Source of the DNA: a virus
Taxonomy: Duplodnaviria > Caudoviricetes
DNA length: 37,365 bases
Virus record (IMG/VR): IMGVR_UViG_3300025018_000064
Span: 1 to 37,365 of that record
Reading direction: 5' to 3' (one strand)
Part shown: in pieces, positions 1 to 7,780 of the stretch
Layout of the letters: each line of letters starts with the position of its first letter
Numbering within the stretch: position 1 is the stretch's first letter
Notes under the pieces: model-generated
The model's input: only the letters and a program-made list of their open reading frames with translations
The model's database searches: none
Told to the model about the DNA's origin: nothing
Translations under genes and position numbers: made by a program

Positions 1-127
1 CATACCAAATCTGGCGTAAACAATCAGACCCAATCGTTGAAGCCCCGATATAGTCGCGGGTCTTTCGATCATCCCGCGACTGTATCTTTTCTATTTTTTT
101 ACTTAGTTCATTTTTACTCACTTGATG
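1..127. repeat. Terminal direct repeat, copy 1 (circularisation overlap)
   Basis: Identical to 37239-37365; minus-strand gene order is continuous across the junction (SSB-like gene stops at 148, Cas4-like gene starts at 121 = 37359). Confidence 0.95.
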
Positions 128-147
128 CCTTCCTATTGTTGCTCAGG

Positions 148-738
148 TTAAAAAGGCACGTCGTCCATATTGGGGCCTGGGTCATTATTATCAAATGGCA
201 TTTCTGGCTTTTGACTGGACGAGTAATTGCTTACAGATGTATGCGCAATCACTGGTAGACCGGCCCCCGTTTCACTTTTAAATCCCTGTGATGGATGTAC
301 CTCGGCAACCCAATTATATTGTTTGCCTTTATCATTTGGCTCTGTTTCACGAATCTTGATACCGGCAATTTTACCTGCAAATGAGGCAAGGTCTTGATCG
401 GTAGGTGGGTTCGTGTGCTTAGGCTTTATGTTGAATAACTGATACAAAAGCTTAAGCATGTTTAAAGCACGATGACGTGTTTTAGCGGGGTCTTTATCAT
501 AATGGTCACCGCCATAAACCTTTATTTTTTGTTGCACTTTCTGACCTTTAAAATCACCATCTTGTAATACCCACTCAAGATTCAAATATTTAAAACCAGT
601 ATCTTTGTATTCTTGATTGGTAAAAGATGCAATTTTAGCAAGCGCTAATGTTCCATCCGGTATTTGAATATATGATTTTGCATACGCATCTTCCGGTTTA
701 CCGGTTACATCGCCTAACTCTGAATCCCAAAAACTCAT
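148..738 (-). CDS. DUF669-like single-stranded DNA-binding protein
   Basis: Follows AAA_24 ATPase; SSB-type acidic tail MDDVPF; start moved to ATG 738 (GAGG RBS). Confidence 0.65.
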   Translation of the reverse strand: MSFWDSELGDVTGKPEDAYAKSYIQIPDGTLALAKIASFTNQEYKDTGFKYLNLEWVLQDGDFKGQKVQQKIKVYGGDHYDKDPAKTRHRALNMLKLLYQLFNIKPKHTNPPTDQDLASFAGKIAGIKIRETEPNDKGKQYNWVAEVHPSQGFKSETGAGLPVIAHTSVSNYSSSQKPEMPFDNNDPGPNMDDVPF

Positions 739-742
739 GGTC

Positions 743-1405
743 TTATTCCTCATTAAAGTAATTTTCGACTGCATTTTTTACCGCAACTAAATCGTTAGGT
801 ATTAAATGCTCCTCAAACATACCCATCGGGCTTTTTGCTAAGAACTCACCGTCGTATTGTGTTTGAAAAAGATACTGTCCATCAACAACACGAGAATGCA
901 GCACGGTAGTAAATAATCCTTCGATGGTAATTTTCTCATCGAGCATTTTTCCTATCGTTTTACATTTGGAACGTCCGGTCGCATCAACATCACTGTGTGA
1001 CAAAATAAAGTTAGTCAATGTATCTCGCGTGCCTAAACATGCGTTAATCGTTGACCAACCGTGATTTGCAAGTTCGGAAAATTTATCAAATCCTTTTTCT
1101 GATACGCGTCGCATAAATTCATAGGATAGAATGTATTGCCAGTCATCAATAACAAGCGTGGTAATTTCTGGACGCTCTTTGTTGACCATCTCAATGCACT
1201 TCACTACATGCGACCAATCATTTGTTGTAAAGTAATTCCCTTTTTTATTTTTCGATGTGCATGGTTGATAGTTCTTTTTAAAAGCCTTAAACGGTAGAGG
1301 CTTGTCTAACACGTTAATGATGAACGTGGTTTTTGGGTCGAGGTTTCGCAGGGAAGTGGACTTGCCACTTCCCGACTGACCAATGACTAATATTGTATTG
1401 CTCAT
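743..1405 (-). CDS. AAA_24 / Sak4-like P-loop ATPase (recombination)
   Basis: Walker A GQSGSGKS, Walker B LVIDD; ATG overlaps upstream stop (TAATG). Confidence 0.8.
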   Translation of the reverse strand: MSNTILVIGQSGSGKSTSLRNLDPKTTFIINVLDKPLPFKAFKKNYQPCTSKNKKGNYFTTNDWSHVVKCIEMVNKERPEITTLVIDDWQYILSYEFMRRVSEKGFDKFSELANHGWSTINACLGTRDTLTNFILSHSDVDATGRSKCKTIGKMLDEKITIEGLFTTVLHSRVVDGQYLFQTQYDGEFLAKSPMGMFEEHLIPNDLVAVKNAVENYFNEE

Positions 1406-1860
1406 TAGCATCTCTCCTTGATTGTTACGCTTGCCTTACCTGGCTTTTTATCGATTAACTCAATAAGCGCATCACGAACTTTTTTCGGTGCATCCACTAA
1501 ATACTTATCACAAAGGAGTTTATCCACTGAATAAGACACAGATTCTTTAATTGGATTAAAATTGTCTGGTAGTTTGATACTTCCTGATTCATACAATTTT
1601 TTATTGAGTGAATATATAAAAGGTGTTTTAATCTCGACCTTCCATACTTCGTGTTCGTATGAGCGCTGGCCTTCGTGCTGATGACCCATCGCTGTTATAA
1701 TCGAATCGGTTAATTCTTCTTTTCGCAAAGACAGTCTCGCTAACTGCTTATTAACCTTTTCCAGTTCTTTGATATTGTCTGATAAACCCATTTCGCGCTC
1801 CATTGCATTGCTGACATCCTTGAAATCTCTCATATTTACTACGTTTTTAGTGGCTCTCAT
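1405..1860 (-). CDS. Hypothetical protein, first gene of leftward early operon
   Basis: 151-aa ORF, AAGG RBS, N-terminal coiled coil, coupled to ATPase gene. Confidence 0.75.
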   Translation of the reverse strand: MRATKNVVNMRDFKDVSNAMEREMGLSDNIKELEKVNKQLARLSLRKEELTDSIITAMGHQHEGQRSYEHEVWKVEIKTPFIYSLNKKLYESGSIKLPDNFNPIKESVSYSVDKLLCDKYLVDAPKKVRDALIELIDKKPGKASVTIKERC

Positions 1861-1909
1861 GTTTATTACCTTTTTAGTTTATGTACTGCGTCGGTATTGA
1901 CGTGAGGCC

Positions 1910-1944
1910 AGTTTATGACAACACTTGTACTATGTCAACACTTG
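1910..1944 (-). promoter_or_regulatory. Sigma70-type leftward promoter with two CAAGTGTTG repeats
   Basis: Minus strand TTGACA (1938-1933)-17 bp-TAAACT (1915-1910); CAACACTTG at 1919-1927 and 1936-1944. Confidence 0.7.
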
Positions 1945-1988
1945 GTGTAAACTATTTTTATAAATTATTGAAGGAGGGAGGGCTTAGG

Positions 1989-2174
1989 GTGAAACCAGAA
2001 GATGTGAAAAATTACTATGGAAGCCAATATAACTTTAGAAAAGTCACAGGCATGTCTGTTTCTACGCTAGGGAATTGGCTCAAATGGGGCTTTGTGCCAG
2101 AGGACGCTCAATATAAGCTTGAGCGATTAACTAAGGGTGAGTTGAAAACGGAATGGACAAAAGACAATGAATGA
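1989..2174 (+). CDS. Cro-like HTH regulator
   Basis: 61 aa from GTG with GGAGG RBS; YYGSQ..GMSVSTLGNW..VPE..Q..LERLT.GEL pattern typical of Cro/YdaS-like proteins; divergent position. Confidence 0.75.
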   Translation: MKPEDVKNYYGSQYNFRKVTGMSVSTLGNWLKWGFVPEDAQYKLERLTKGELKTEWTKDNE

Positions 2175-2358
2175 AGATGTATATAATTTGTACAAATATG
2201 TTAGATCAATAATTGAAAGGGCTTCTCGCTGCTGCAACAAAGACCATAGCGGGGACGAGACTTTTCAATATTTTAAGAATGCAATCGAATTTTTTGATGC
2301 AAGTGACAAAGGTTACGCGGAACGATACGAGAAGGAAAAGCAAGATGCCACTGTTTAG
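2167..2358 (+). CDS. Hypothetical protein
   Basis: Overlap-coupled small ORF in rightward operon. Confidence 0.55.
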   Translation: MNEDVYNLYKYVRSIIERASRCCNKDHSGDETFQYFKNAIEFFDASDKGYAERYEKEKQDATV

Positions 2359-2647
2359 ACGACAACGCGCCATGCTGGATGAATCGCTAGCCACAACAAT
2401 CATCGTCAAAAACATGGAAGAACTGCGCCATGCCATTTGGGTTGATTGGCATGAGTGGTTAGGGCATCCCGAAGCTGCGCACTGTAATTTTAAAAATTTC
2501 CATGTCAAAGTGGAAGCACCTTTTAATTTAAGCATAGAAGATACCTTTGACCCTAGATGCGGCTGGTACACGCATTATGTATCGGCTGATTTGATGTGCG
2601 AAGGGGAGTTTCATATTGTTGGATTTTTGAGTGAACCATTGCAGTAA
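2345..2647 (+). CDS. Hypothetical protein
   Basis: Start reassigned to ATG 2345 (AAGGA upstream); fits operon packing. Confidence 0.65.
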   Translation: MPLFRRQRAMLDESLATTIIVKNMEELRHAIWVDWHEWLGHPEAAHCNFKNFHVKVEAPFNLSIEDTFDPRCGWYTHYVSADLMCEGEFHIVGFLSEPLQ

Positions 2648-2664
2648 ATATAAAGGAATGATAA

Positions 2665-2856
2665 ATGAAATTTGAAATACATGGATTTGGAACACTATTG
2701 TTTTTGATATTTTTAATATTAAAACTCACGGGTGTTATTGCATGGTCATGGTGGTGGGTAACTTCACCTCTATGGCTACCAATAGCGATTGTCTTATTAT
2801 TCTTATCAATAGTTTTTATTGGTAAGGGAATTATTATGTTGATGGAAAGAAAATGA
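2665..2856 (+). CDS. Small two-helix membrane protein (LKL.G.I.WSWWWV.SPLW type)
   Basis: Hydrophobic, AAGGA RBS, similar to 30905-31099. Confidence 0.75.
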   Translation: MKFEIHGFGTLLFLIFLILKLTGVIAWSWWWVTSPLWLPIAIVLLFLSIVFIGKGIIMLMERK

Positions 2857-3194
2857 ATAACACATTATATAATTGGTATGAAAATTCACGTGACGCATTA
2901 AATAACTATGAATTAGAAAAACAAGGTCATGAGTTGCATGAAATAGATGAACAAATAGACGAAATGGTGCGAGGTTGGCAAGAAGCTATTGACCTGATTG
3001 AAAGCAGCTATCCTCACGTTAAAGTGTGGTATGACCGGAAAAAGGAAATGCAAAAATCATTCACGCCTGACCAAATTAATTACATTTGCGAACAAATCGG
3101 TGACTGGTATTTGATGATGAAACCTTTACTCGAAGGGCAGCACAATTTAGGACACATGAAAGAGAAACTTAAAATAATGATTTGTGGAGAGTAA
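2853..3194 (+). CDS. Hypothetical protein
   Basis: ATGA overlap with previous gene, 113 aa. Confidence 0.7.
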   Translation: MNNTLYNWYENSRDALNNYELEKQGHELHEIDEQIDEMVRGWQEAIDLIESSYPHVKVWYDRKKEMQKSFTPDQINYICEQIGDWYLMMKPLLEGQHNLGHMKEKLKIMICGE

Positions 3195-3197
3195 AAA

Positions 3198-3584
3198 ATG
3201 ATGGACAGCATTACCGATTTTTCAAGAAGTTGTTGTGAGGATAGAATTACTTTTTTAAAGAAAATGATTAGAGGTCAAATCGCATGGGCGCTCTTTATGT
3301 TAGCTATTACTGCTTATGATTGTCAGACCTTATATCTATCACCAAGTGCATTTTCAGGATTAGCTGTAGGCGCAATGTTAATCACTCTTTTATGGGCGCT
3401 TTTATTTTTAAGCGAATCGATGTCTGATTTGAAAGGTGAAAAACTTAAATTTCGATATTTAACGGAATTGCGTGATAAGCAACTTGCATCGGGTGAGCGT
3501 GAGCAATACATCAATGCTAAAAAATTCTATGAGCAAGCACTGGCGAATCTTACTAAGGCGACCCCCACCGATGAGCAGAAATAA
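3198..3584 (+). CDS. Hypothetical membrane protein
   Basis: Two hydrophobic segments; GGAG RBS. Confidence 0.65.
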   Translation: MMDSITDFSRSCCEDRITFLKKMIRGQIAWALFMLAITAYDCQTLYLSPSAFSGLAVGAMLITLLWALLFLSESMSDLKGEKLKFRYLTELRDKQLASGEREQYINAKKFYEQALANLTKATPTDEQK

Positions 3585-3759
3585 TTTCTCACATGAGCAA
3601 AAGGATGACTTGATCAGCACTCTTAAATGTGCATTGGAACTTGCTTGCGCTCGATTAGCTTGTTATGACGGTATGGGTTCACCCACTACCGACCCCGAAG
3701 AATGGCTTAAACGTGCTTATTTAATGCAACAATCAACAGGATGGAAAAGACATGACTAA
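3571..3759 (+). CDS. Hypothetical protein
   Basis: ATG 3571 fits operon packing. Confidence 0.5.
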   Translation: MSRNNFSHEQKDDLISTLKCALELACARLACYDGMGSPTTDPEEWLKRAYLMQQSTGWKRHD

Positions 3760-3979
3760 GGAATACGATACAGTTTTAGAGGCAAAGAAAAGCGTCAAGG
3801 CACACATCGAATTTTTTGAAAACCTGCTTCAACATTTGAAGGGAACTGATAAAGTTTTGCGCAACCGTGCAGTCTGGGCTGCCTGGTGTTTACACCGGTA
3901 CATTAATGACCATCTCATTACTGATGTGAATGAAGCTGTGAGGATTCATGCGCCAAAGGCTGCCGAAAATGTTCAGTAA
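3752..3979 (+). CDS. Hypothetical protein
   Basis: Overlap-coupled 75-aa ORF. Confidence 0.6.
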   Translation: MTKEYDTVLEAKKSVKAHIEFFENLLQHLKGTDKVLRNRAVWAAWCLHRYINDHLITDVNEAVRIHAPKAAENVQ

Positions 3980-4124
3980 ACTTTGGAAAGACCTTCAATG
4001 TTATTGGAAGATAATTCGGTGCCGCTGGTCTGGAAAGCATCACGTTGAAGTTGTCAACCTGGGTGGCTGGCAACGGTTGCGCGGGTGCCGACAATGTGAT
4101 TTATGGCGTTACTTGCCGGACTGA
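3969..4124 (+). CDS. Small Cys/His protein, 51 aa (not in ORF track)
   Basis: MFSKLWKDLQCYWKIIRCRWSGKHH...GCRQC; overlaps upstream stop; possible zinc site. Confidence 0.5.
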   Translation: MFSKLWKDLQCYWKIIRCRWSGKHHVEVVNLGGWQRLRGCRQCDLWRYLPD

Positions 4125-4186
4125 GCTAATATCGACCTAATGCCAATGTCATCGTTGGCATTAGCCATCTAAGGAGTAAGGGAAGT

Positions 4187-4345
4187 ATGGATATACACGC
4201 CAAGGCAATTGAACTTTTGGAGAAGATAGCAAACTCAGTACATGAGCGCGACCCTAAAAACCCAAACTTACTTTGCTTTACTGTGGCCGAAGTCCAACTG
4301 GTCGAAAAATGGCTAGGTGATTTCAAAAATGAACAACAGTTATAA
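4187..4345 (+). CDS. Hypothetical protein, 52 aa (not in ORF track)
   Basis: AAGGAG/AGGGA RBS; MDIHAKAIELLEKIANS...; ends directly at terminator. Confidence 0.6.
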   Translation: MDIHAKAIELLEKIANSVHERDPKNPNLLCFTVAEVQLVEKWLGDFKNEQQL

Positions 4346-4381
4346 AAAAGCCCATACTTGGTTTATCCAGTATGGGCTTTT
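4344..4381. terminator. Intrinsic terminator, probably bidirectional
   Basis: AAAAAGCCCATACT...AGTATGGGCTTTTT. Confidence 0.85.
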
Positions 4382-4724
4382 TCATTTTTGGACACTTAGG
4401 AGATAACACATTAATCAACAAATTTACTCTAGCATAGTAAATTTTTTATGGGTAGAGAATGATATTATTATTAAACGGTAGGGCATCCCTGCCAAAAATT
4501 CAAACAGTGTAAATGCGAAAGTTTGGCGACCAGTCATTTACAGCTAAAGATTCCCTTGAACATCGTGTTTCTAGGGCAACTACTACACAGTCATAACAAC
4601 TATGAGAAGGCTCATTATATCATGCCAAGCCTAAAAGAAAACAAGCAACATACCTGCTTTCACTCATTATTAATCCTGTTTCGCTTTATCAAAATGGACT
4701 TTTGTATTCAAGGAGATGAATTTT

Positions 4725-5384
4725 ATGTCAATTGAAAAACTGGATATTGCCAAACTCACGCAAGAAAAAATCCCTTTTACCATGCACTTAAATTACGTGC
4801 TGCAAAACGTCCGGCATCCTTTGGCACTTGCTATTTGGGTTTACCTCACGAGCCTACCGGAAGGGTGGGAAGTCCACCGCAATCAACTGATGGAACACTT
4901 CAACGTAGGACGTGACAAATTAAAGGACGCTTTATCATATCTGCACAAAAACTACCTACTTGAATACTCACAAGATAAATTAGAGGACGGAACATTCGGA
5001 ACAAGTCACATTTTAGTCAAAAGCGGTCATGAATTTGAAGTTATCCACAGAAACGCCACCGGTGGACTGAAAAACCGTTGGACGGAAAAACCGTTGGACG
5101 GGAAAACAGCACCTATAAAAGAAATAAGAAATACAAAAGAAGTAAGAGATAAAAATAAAAGCTTTTGTGCTACTGCACAAAAAAAACCCAAAAGCGAATG
5201 GCGAAAAGAGAATGCGAAGGTGCATGAGTTCGCAGAGAGTAAAAACAATCAGGTTGCAGGCAAGCAACAGATGGAACGGGAGGCGAAGCACATCGAAGAA
5301 AGCGAAGCCTTCAAAAGATCGGCTATGCCTGATGCCTTGCGTGAACAAATCAAAAGTTTGAAATGTACACTGCCAGGGCATTGA
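4725..5384 (+). CDS. HTH replication initiator protein
   Basis: N-terminal FT..N..L / YL.SLP.GW / GRD.L..AL..L winged-helix pattern of phage/plasmid initiators; internal iterons; AAGGAG RBS favours ATG 4725. Confidence 0.7.
   Translation: MSIEKLDIAKLTQEKIPFTMHLNYVLQNVRHPLALAIWVYLTSLPEGWEVHRNQLMEHFNVGRDKLKDALSYLHKNYLLEYSQDKLEDGTFGTSHILVKSGHEFEVIHRNATGGLKNRWTEKPLDGKTAPIKEIRNTKEVRDKNKSFCATAQKKPKSEWRKENAKVHEFAESKNNQVAGKQQMEREAKHIEESEAFKRSAMPDALREQIKSLKCTLPGH
5041..5160. promoter_or_regulatory. Putative replication origin inside initiator gene
   Basis: DnaA box TTATCCACA 5041-5049; three 16-bp-period iterons CCG(G/T)TGGAC(T/G)G at 5059, 5075, 5091; A-rich tract follows. Confidence 0.7.
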
Positions 5385-5641
5385 TGATGGCGACTCCTAA
5401 AACAATAACTGAATGTAAGACCATGCTTTTTAAGGTGGCAATCAAGCATGGCATCGCGCCTAAACTGATTTCTGGTTTGCTCTTGAGCAATGAGGACAAA
5501 GAGGATATGTTAAACGGGCTGGTTACATTTGAAACGCTCGATTGTCACGTCAAGGTGTGGAAAGAGTATGGAATGTGCAACTACGCAGATGGCACCATGA
5601 AGCCATACGAGCATTTTAAGGCGTATGTCTCTCAAGGGTAG
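5384..5641 (+). CDS. Hypothetical protein
   Basis: TGATG coupling to initiator gene. Confidence 0.65.
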   Translation: MMATPKTITECKTMLFKVAIKHGIAPKLISGLLLSNEDKEDMLNGLVTFETLDCHVKVWKEYGMCNYADGTMKPYEHFKAYVSQG

Positions 5642-5728
5642 GTTAGGGTAGGTAAGAGATGAGATCGTTCAACAGCGGCCAAAAATACCCCCTAGAAATC
5701 GATTTTTAAATGACAGGAAGTATCGATA

Positions 5729-5929
5729 ATGAAAAATGGAATTGTAAAATGGTTTAACGACCAAAAAGGATTCGGATTTATTGCCTCAGACAACCAGGAT
5801 TACTTTGTGCATTTTAAAGAAATCCAGGGTCAAGGCTTCAAGAGTTTAAAAGAAGGTGACAAGGTTAGTTTTGAATCAGGCTCATCACCGAAAGGCCCTA
5901 TTGCCAAAAATGTAGTTGTCTTAGGCTAG
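5729..5929 (+). CDS. Cold-shock domain protein (CspA family)
   Basis: GIVKWFN, RNP1 KGFGFI, RNP2 YFVHF, GFKSL.EG..V.F. Confidence 0.95.
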   Translation: MKNGIVKWFNDQKGFGFIASDNQDYFVHFKEIQGQGFKSLKEGDKVSFESGSSPKGPIAKNVVVLG

Positions 5930-5953
5930 TGCAATACACAAGACCACAATTGC

Positions 5954-5982
5954 CCCCACTATTTTCAAAAAAAGTAGTGGGG
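5954..5982. terminator. Hairpin between convergent genes, probable terminator
   Basis: CCCCACTATTTT...AAAGTAGTGGGG; no strong U tract. Confidence 0.55.
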
Positions 5983-6023
5983 AGTAAAATATTAATCCAA
6001 TCCAGAAAACACATTTTATAAAT

Positions 6024-6434
6024 TTAGATAGGCCCATGGGCTGGTACTCCGTAGTAGTAACTGGCGGGTTTTATATGGCCACCATCGTCGTTTAAATCAT
6101 AAATGGCATCATCAATCAAAGCTTGCATTTCTTTGGTCATGTAATCCGTGACACAATCACGCCATACATCATTGAATTCTATTTGAGCATCCTTGTCGGT
6201 TGAATTTGATAAATATTTATTCAAAGCTGGTAACATTTTAGAATCCCAATATTTGTTATCAGGGCCAGTCGCTTCGGCTGCGTAGTAGTCTTTATGCGCC
6301 ATGATAAGCGCTGCAAATTCATGTTGCATAAAATCGGGCAGTTCTGTCACCTCTAAGCTGTAAAATTCATCACAGTTATCGAATGTGGCATAATTATTTA
6401 CACAATCTCTTGCAAATCTTTCTAATTGGTTCAT
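6024..6434 (-). CDS. Hypothetical acidic protein
   Basis: AAGGAG RBS before ATG 6434; Asp/Glu-rich. Confidence 0.75.
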   Translation of the reverse strand: MNQLERFARDCVNNYATFDNCDEFYSLEVTELPDFMQHEFAALIMAHKDYYAAEATGPDNKYWDSKMLPALNKYLSNSTDKDAQIEFNDVWRDCVTDYMTKEMQALIDDAIYDLNDDGGHIKPASYYYGVPAHGPI

Positions 6435-6455
6435 CGTTATCACTCCTTGTGAAAG

Positions 6456-6842
6456 TTAAATCCGTTTAGGTGTGGCGACAATGAAACTGCCACAACAGTT
6501 GTACACATCGTATCCTATAAATTGATCATCCTCATATGGTGTAAATGAATCACGGCTATCACGCACTAACCAGATACCATGATAACCGAGTGTGTTTTCA
6601 TTCATGGCGGTGCGGGCTTCAATTTCTTCGCGTGTACGTCCTTTTTCTATGCCGTAAATATAATCATGTTCACTAGGTATGCGCTTTTCTATTGGTTTAA
6701 AAACACGGGCAGATTTTGGGGCATATTCAACACAATCTGTCATGCCATCAAAACTTGAGATGCATTGTATAAAAAGCTTACCTTCATTTTTTTTCATAAA
6801 GCTTTTAAATGTCGCCAGCGTAATTCGTTTTGTTTTGTTCAT
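6456..6842 (-). CDS. Hypothetical phage protein
   Basis: 128 aa, GAGG RBS, downstream of a clear promoter; SFDGMTDC and YNCCGSF motifs. Confidence 0.75.
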   Translation of the reverse strand: MNKTKRITLATFKSFMKKNEGKLFIQCISSFDGMTDCVEYAPKSARVFKPIEKRIPSEHDYIYGIEKGRTREEIEARTAMNENTLGYHGIWLVRDSRDSFTPYEDDQFIGYDVYNCCGSFIVATPKRI

Positions 6843-6874
6843 TTTCTTGCCCTCAGTTCGTTGTTGATAAAGCT

Positions 6875-6924
6875 AGTATGCCAACACTTGGAATACATGT
6901 CAACACTTGTTATATCAACAATTG
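6875..6924 (-). promoter_or_regulatory. Sigma70-type leftward promoter with three CAA(G/T)TGTTG repeats
   Basis: Minus TTGACA (6903-6898)-17 bp-CATACT (6880-6875); repeats at 6882, 6901, 6916. Confidence 0.7.
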
Positions 6925-7115
6925 GAATATTTACCGCAATTGCGGTGATGCGTACTGCAACTGCGGTGGTCACTGCCACGCTGATACGCAAAATCGGTGG
7001 CTATTGATTCACTTTCGTTCACAACTGCTTGACTTTTGTGATATTGTTAATTTGCTAGCGTAGGGAGAACGTAAAAGCAGTTATTAATCGATTAATACCA
7101 CAGGGAGTACAATTT

Positions 7116-7292
7116 ATGAGCGATGTTAAAGACTACACAGACGATGCGGGCAATAGCCATTATTGTGGCGTGCCTAGCGAGTACGGCAAGCGCGTTGATT
7201 CACAAAACAAAATGCAGCCTAAATATTGCGAGCCAGGGGAAGCCACTGGCGAGATGAAAGGCGAGAAAAGCAACGCACAAAAAGGGCCGTAA
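7116..7292 (+). CDS. Small hydrophilic protein, 58 aa (not in ORF track)
   Basis: AGGGAG RBS; MSDVKDYTDDAGNSHYCG...; stops 3 nt before terS. Confidence 0.65.
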   Translation: MSDVKDYTDDAGNSHYCGVPSEYGKRVDSQNKMQPKYCEPGEATGEMKGEKSNAQKGP

Positions 7293-7295
7293 CTA

Positions 7296-7778
7296 ATGGC
7301 CTCTCCGAAAAAGAAAACGGAGAAAAAGAAAGTAGGTAGGCCGACTCTTTTTACCCAAGAGTTGGCCGATCTTATTTGCGAGCGCGTCGCAACTTCCACG
7401 ATGGGTCTTGCGCGTCTCTGCGCACTCCACCAAGACATGCCCGATAAGACCACGGTTAATCTGTGGCGCTATAAATATTCCGAATTTTCCACCCAATACG
7501 CACAAGCTAAACTCGTCCAGGCTGATTTGCTTGCTGAGGAGATGCTTGACATTGCCGATGATGGGTCGAATGACTGGATGGAAACGTTAGGTGATGATGA
7601 TACACCGATAGGCTGGAAACTAAATGGCGAGCATGTGCAACGGTCACGCTTGCGGATTGATACCCGAAAGTTTTTAGCTGCTAAATTATTGCCCAAACAA
7701 TATGGACAACATGCAGAGGAAGACAAGCAGGTTGATAAAAGTGTCGTTGAGATGCTTATTGATAAACTGGCGGAATAG
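7296..7778 (+). CDS. terS: Terminase small subunit (Sf6/P22-like)
   Basis: GRPTLFT..ICE..P...T...W...F..QY..A; RSRLRIDTRKF.AAKL.PK.YG; precedes terL. Confidence 0.92.
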   Translation: MASPKKKTEKKKVGRPTLFTQELADLICERVATSTMGLARLCALHQDMPDKTTVNLWRYKYSEFSTQYAQAKLVQADLLAEEMLDIADDGSNDWMETLGDDDTPIGWKLNGEHVQRSRLRIDTRKFLAAKLLPKQYGQHAEEDKQVDKSVVEMLIDKLAE

Positions 7779-7780
7779 CA

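Noticed and set aside
4523-4735. 70-aa ORF upstream of rep
   Set aside because: TTG start, no RBS, no recognisable motif; a leader peptide cannot be excluded
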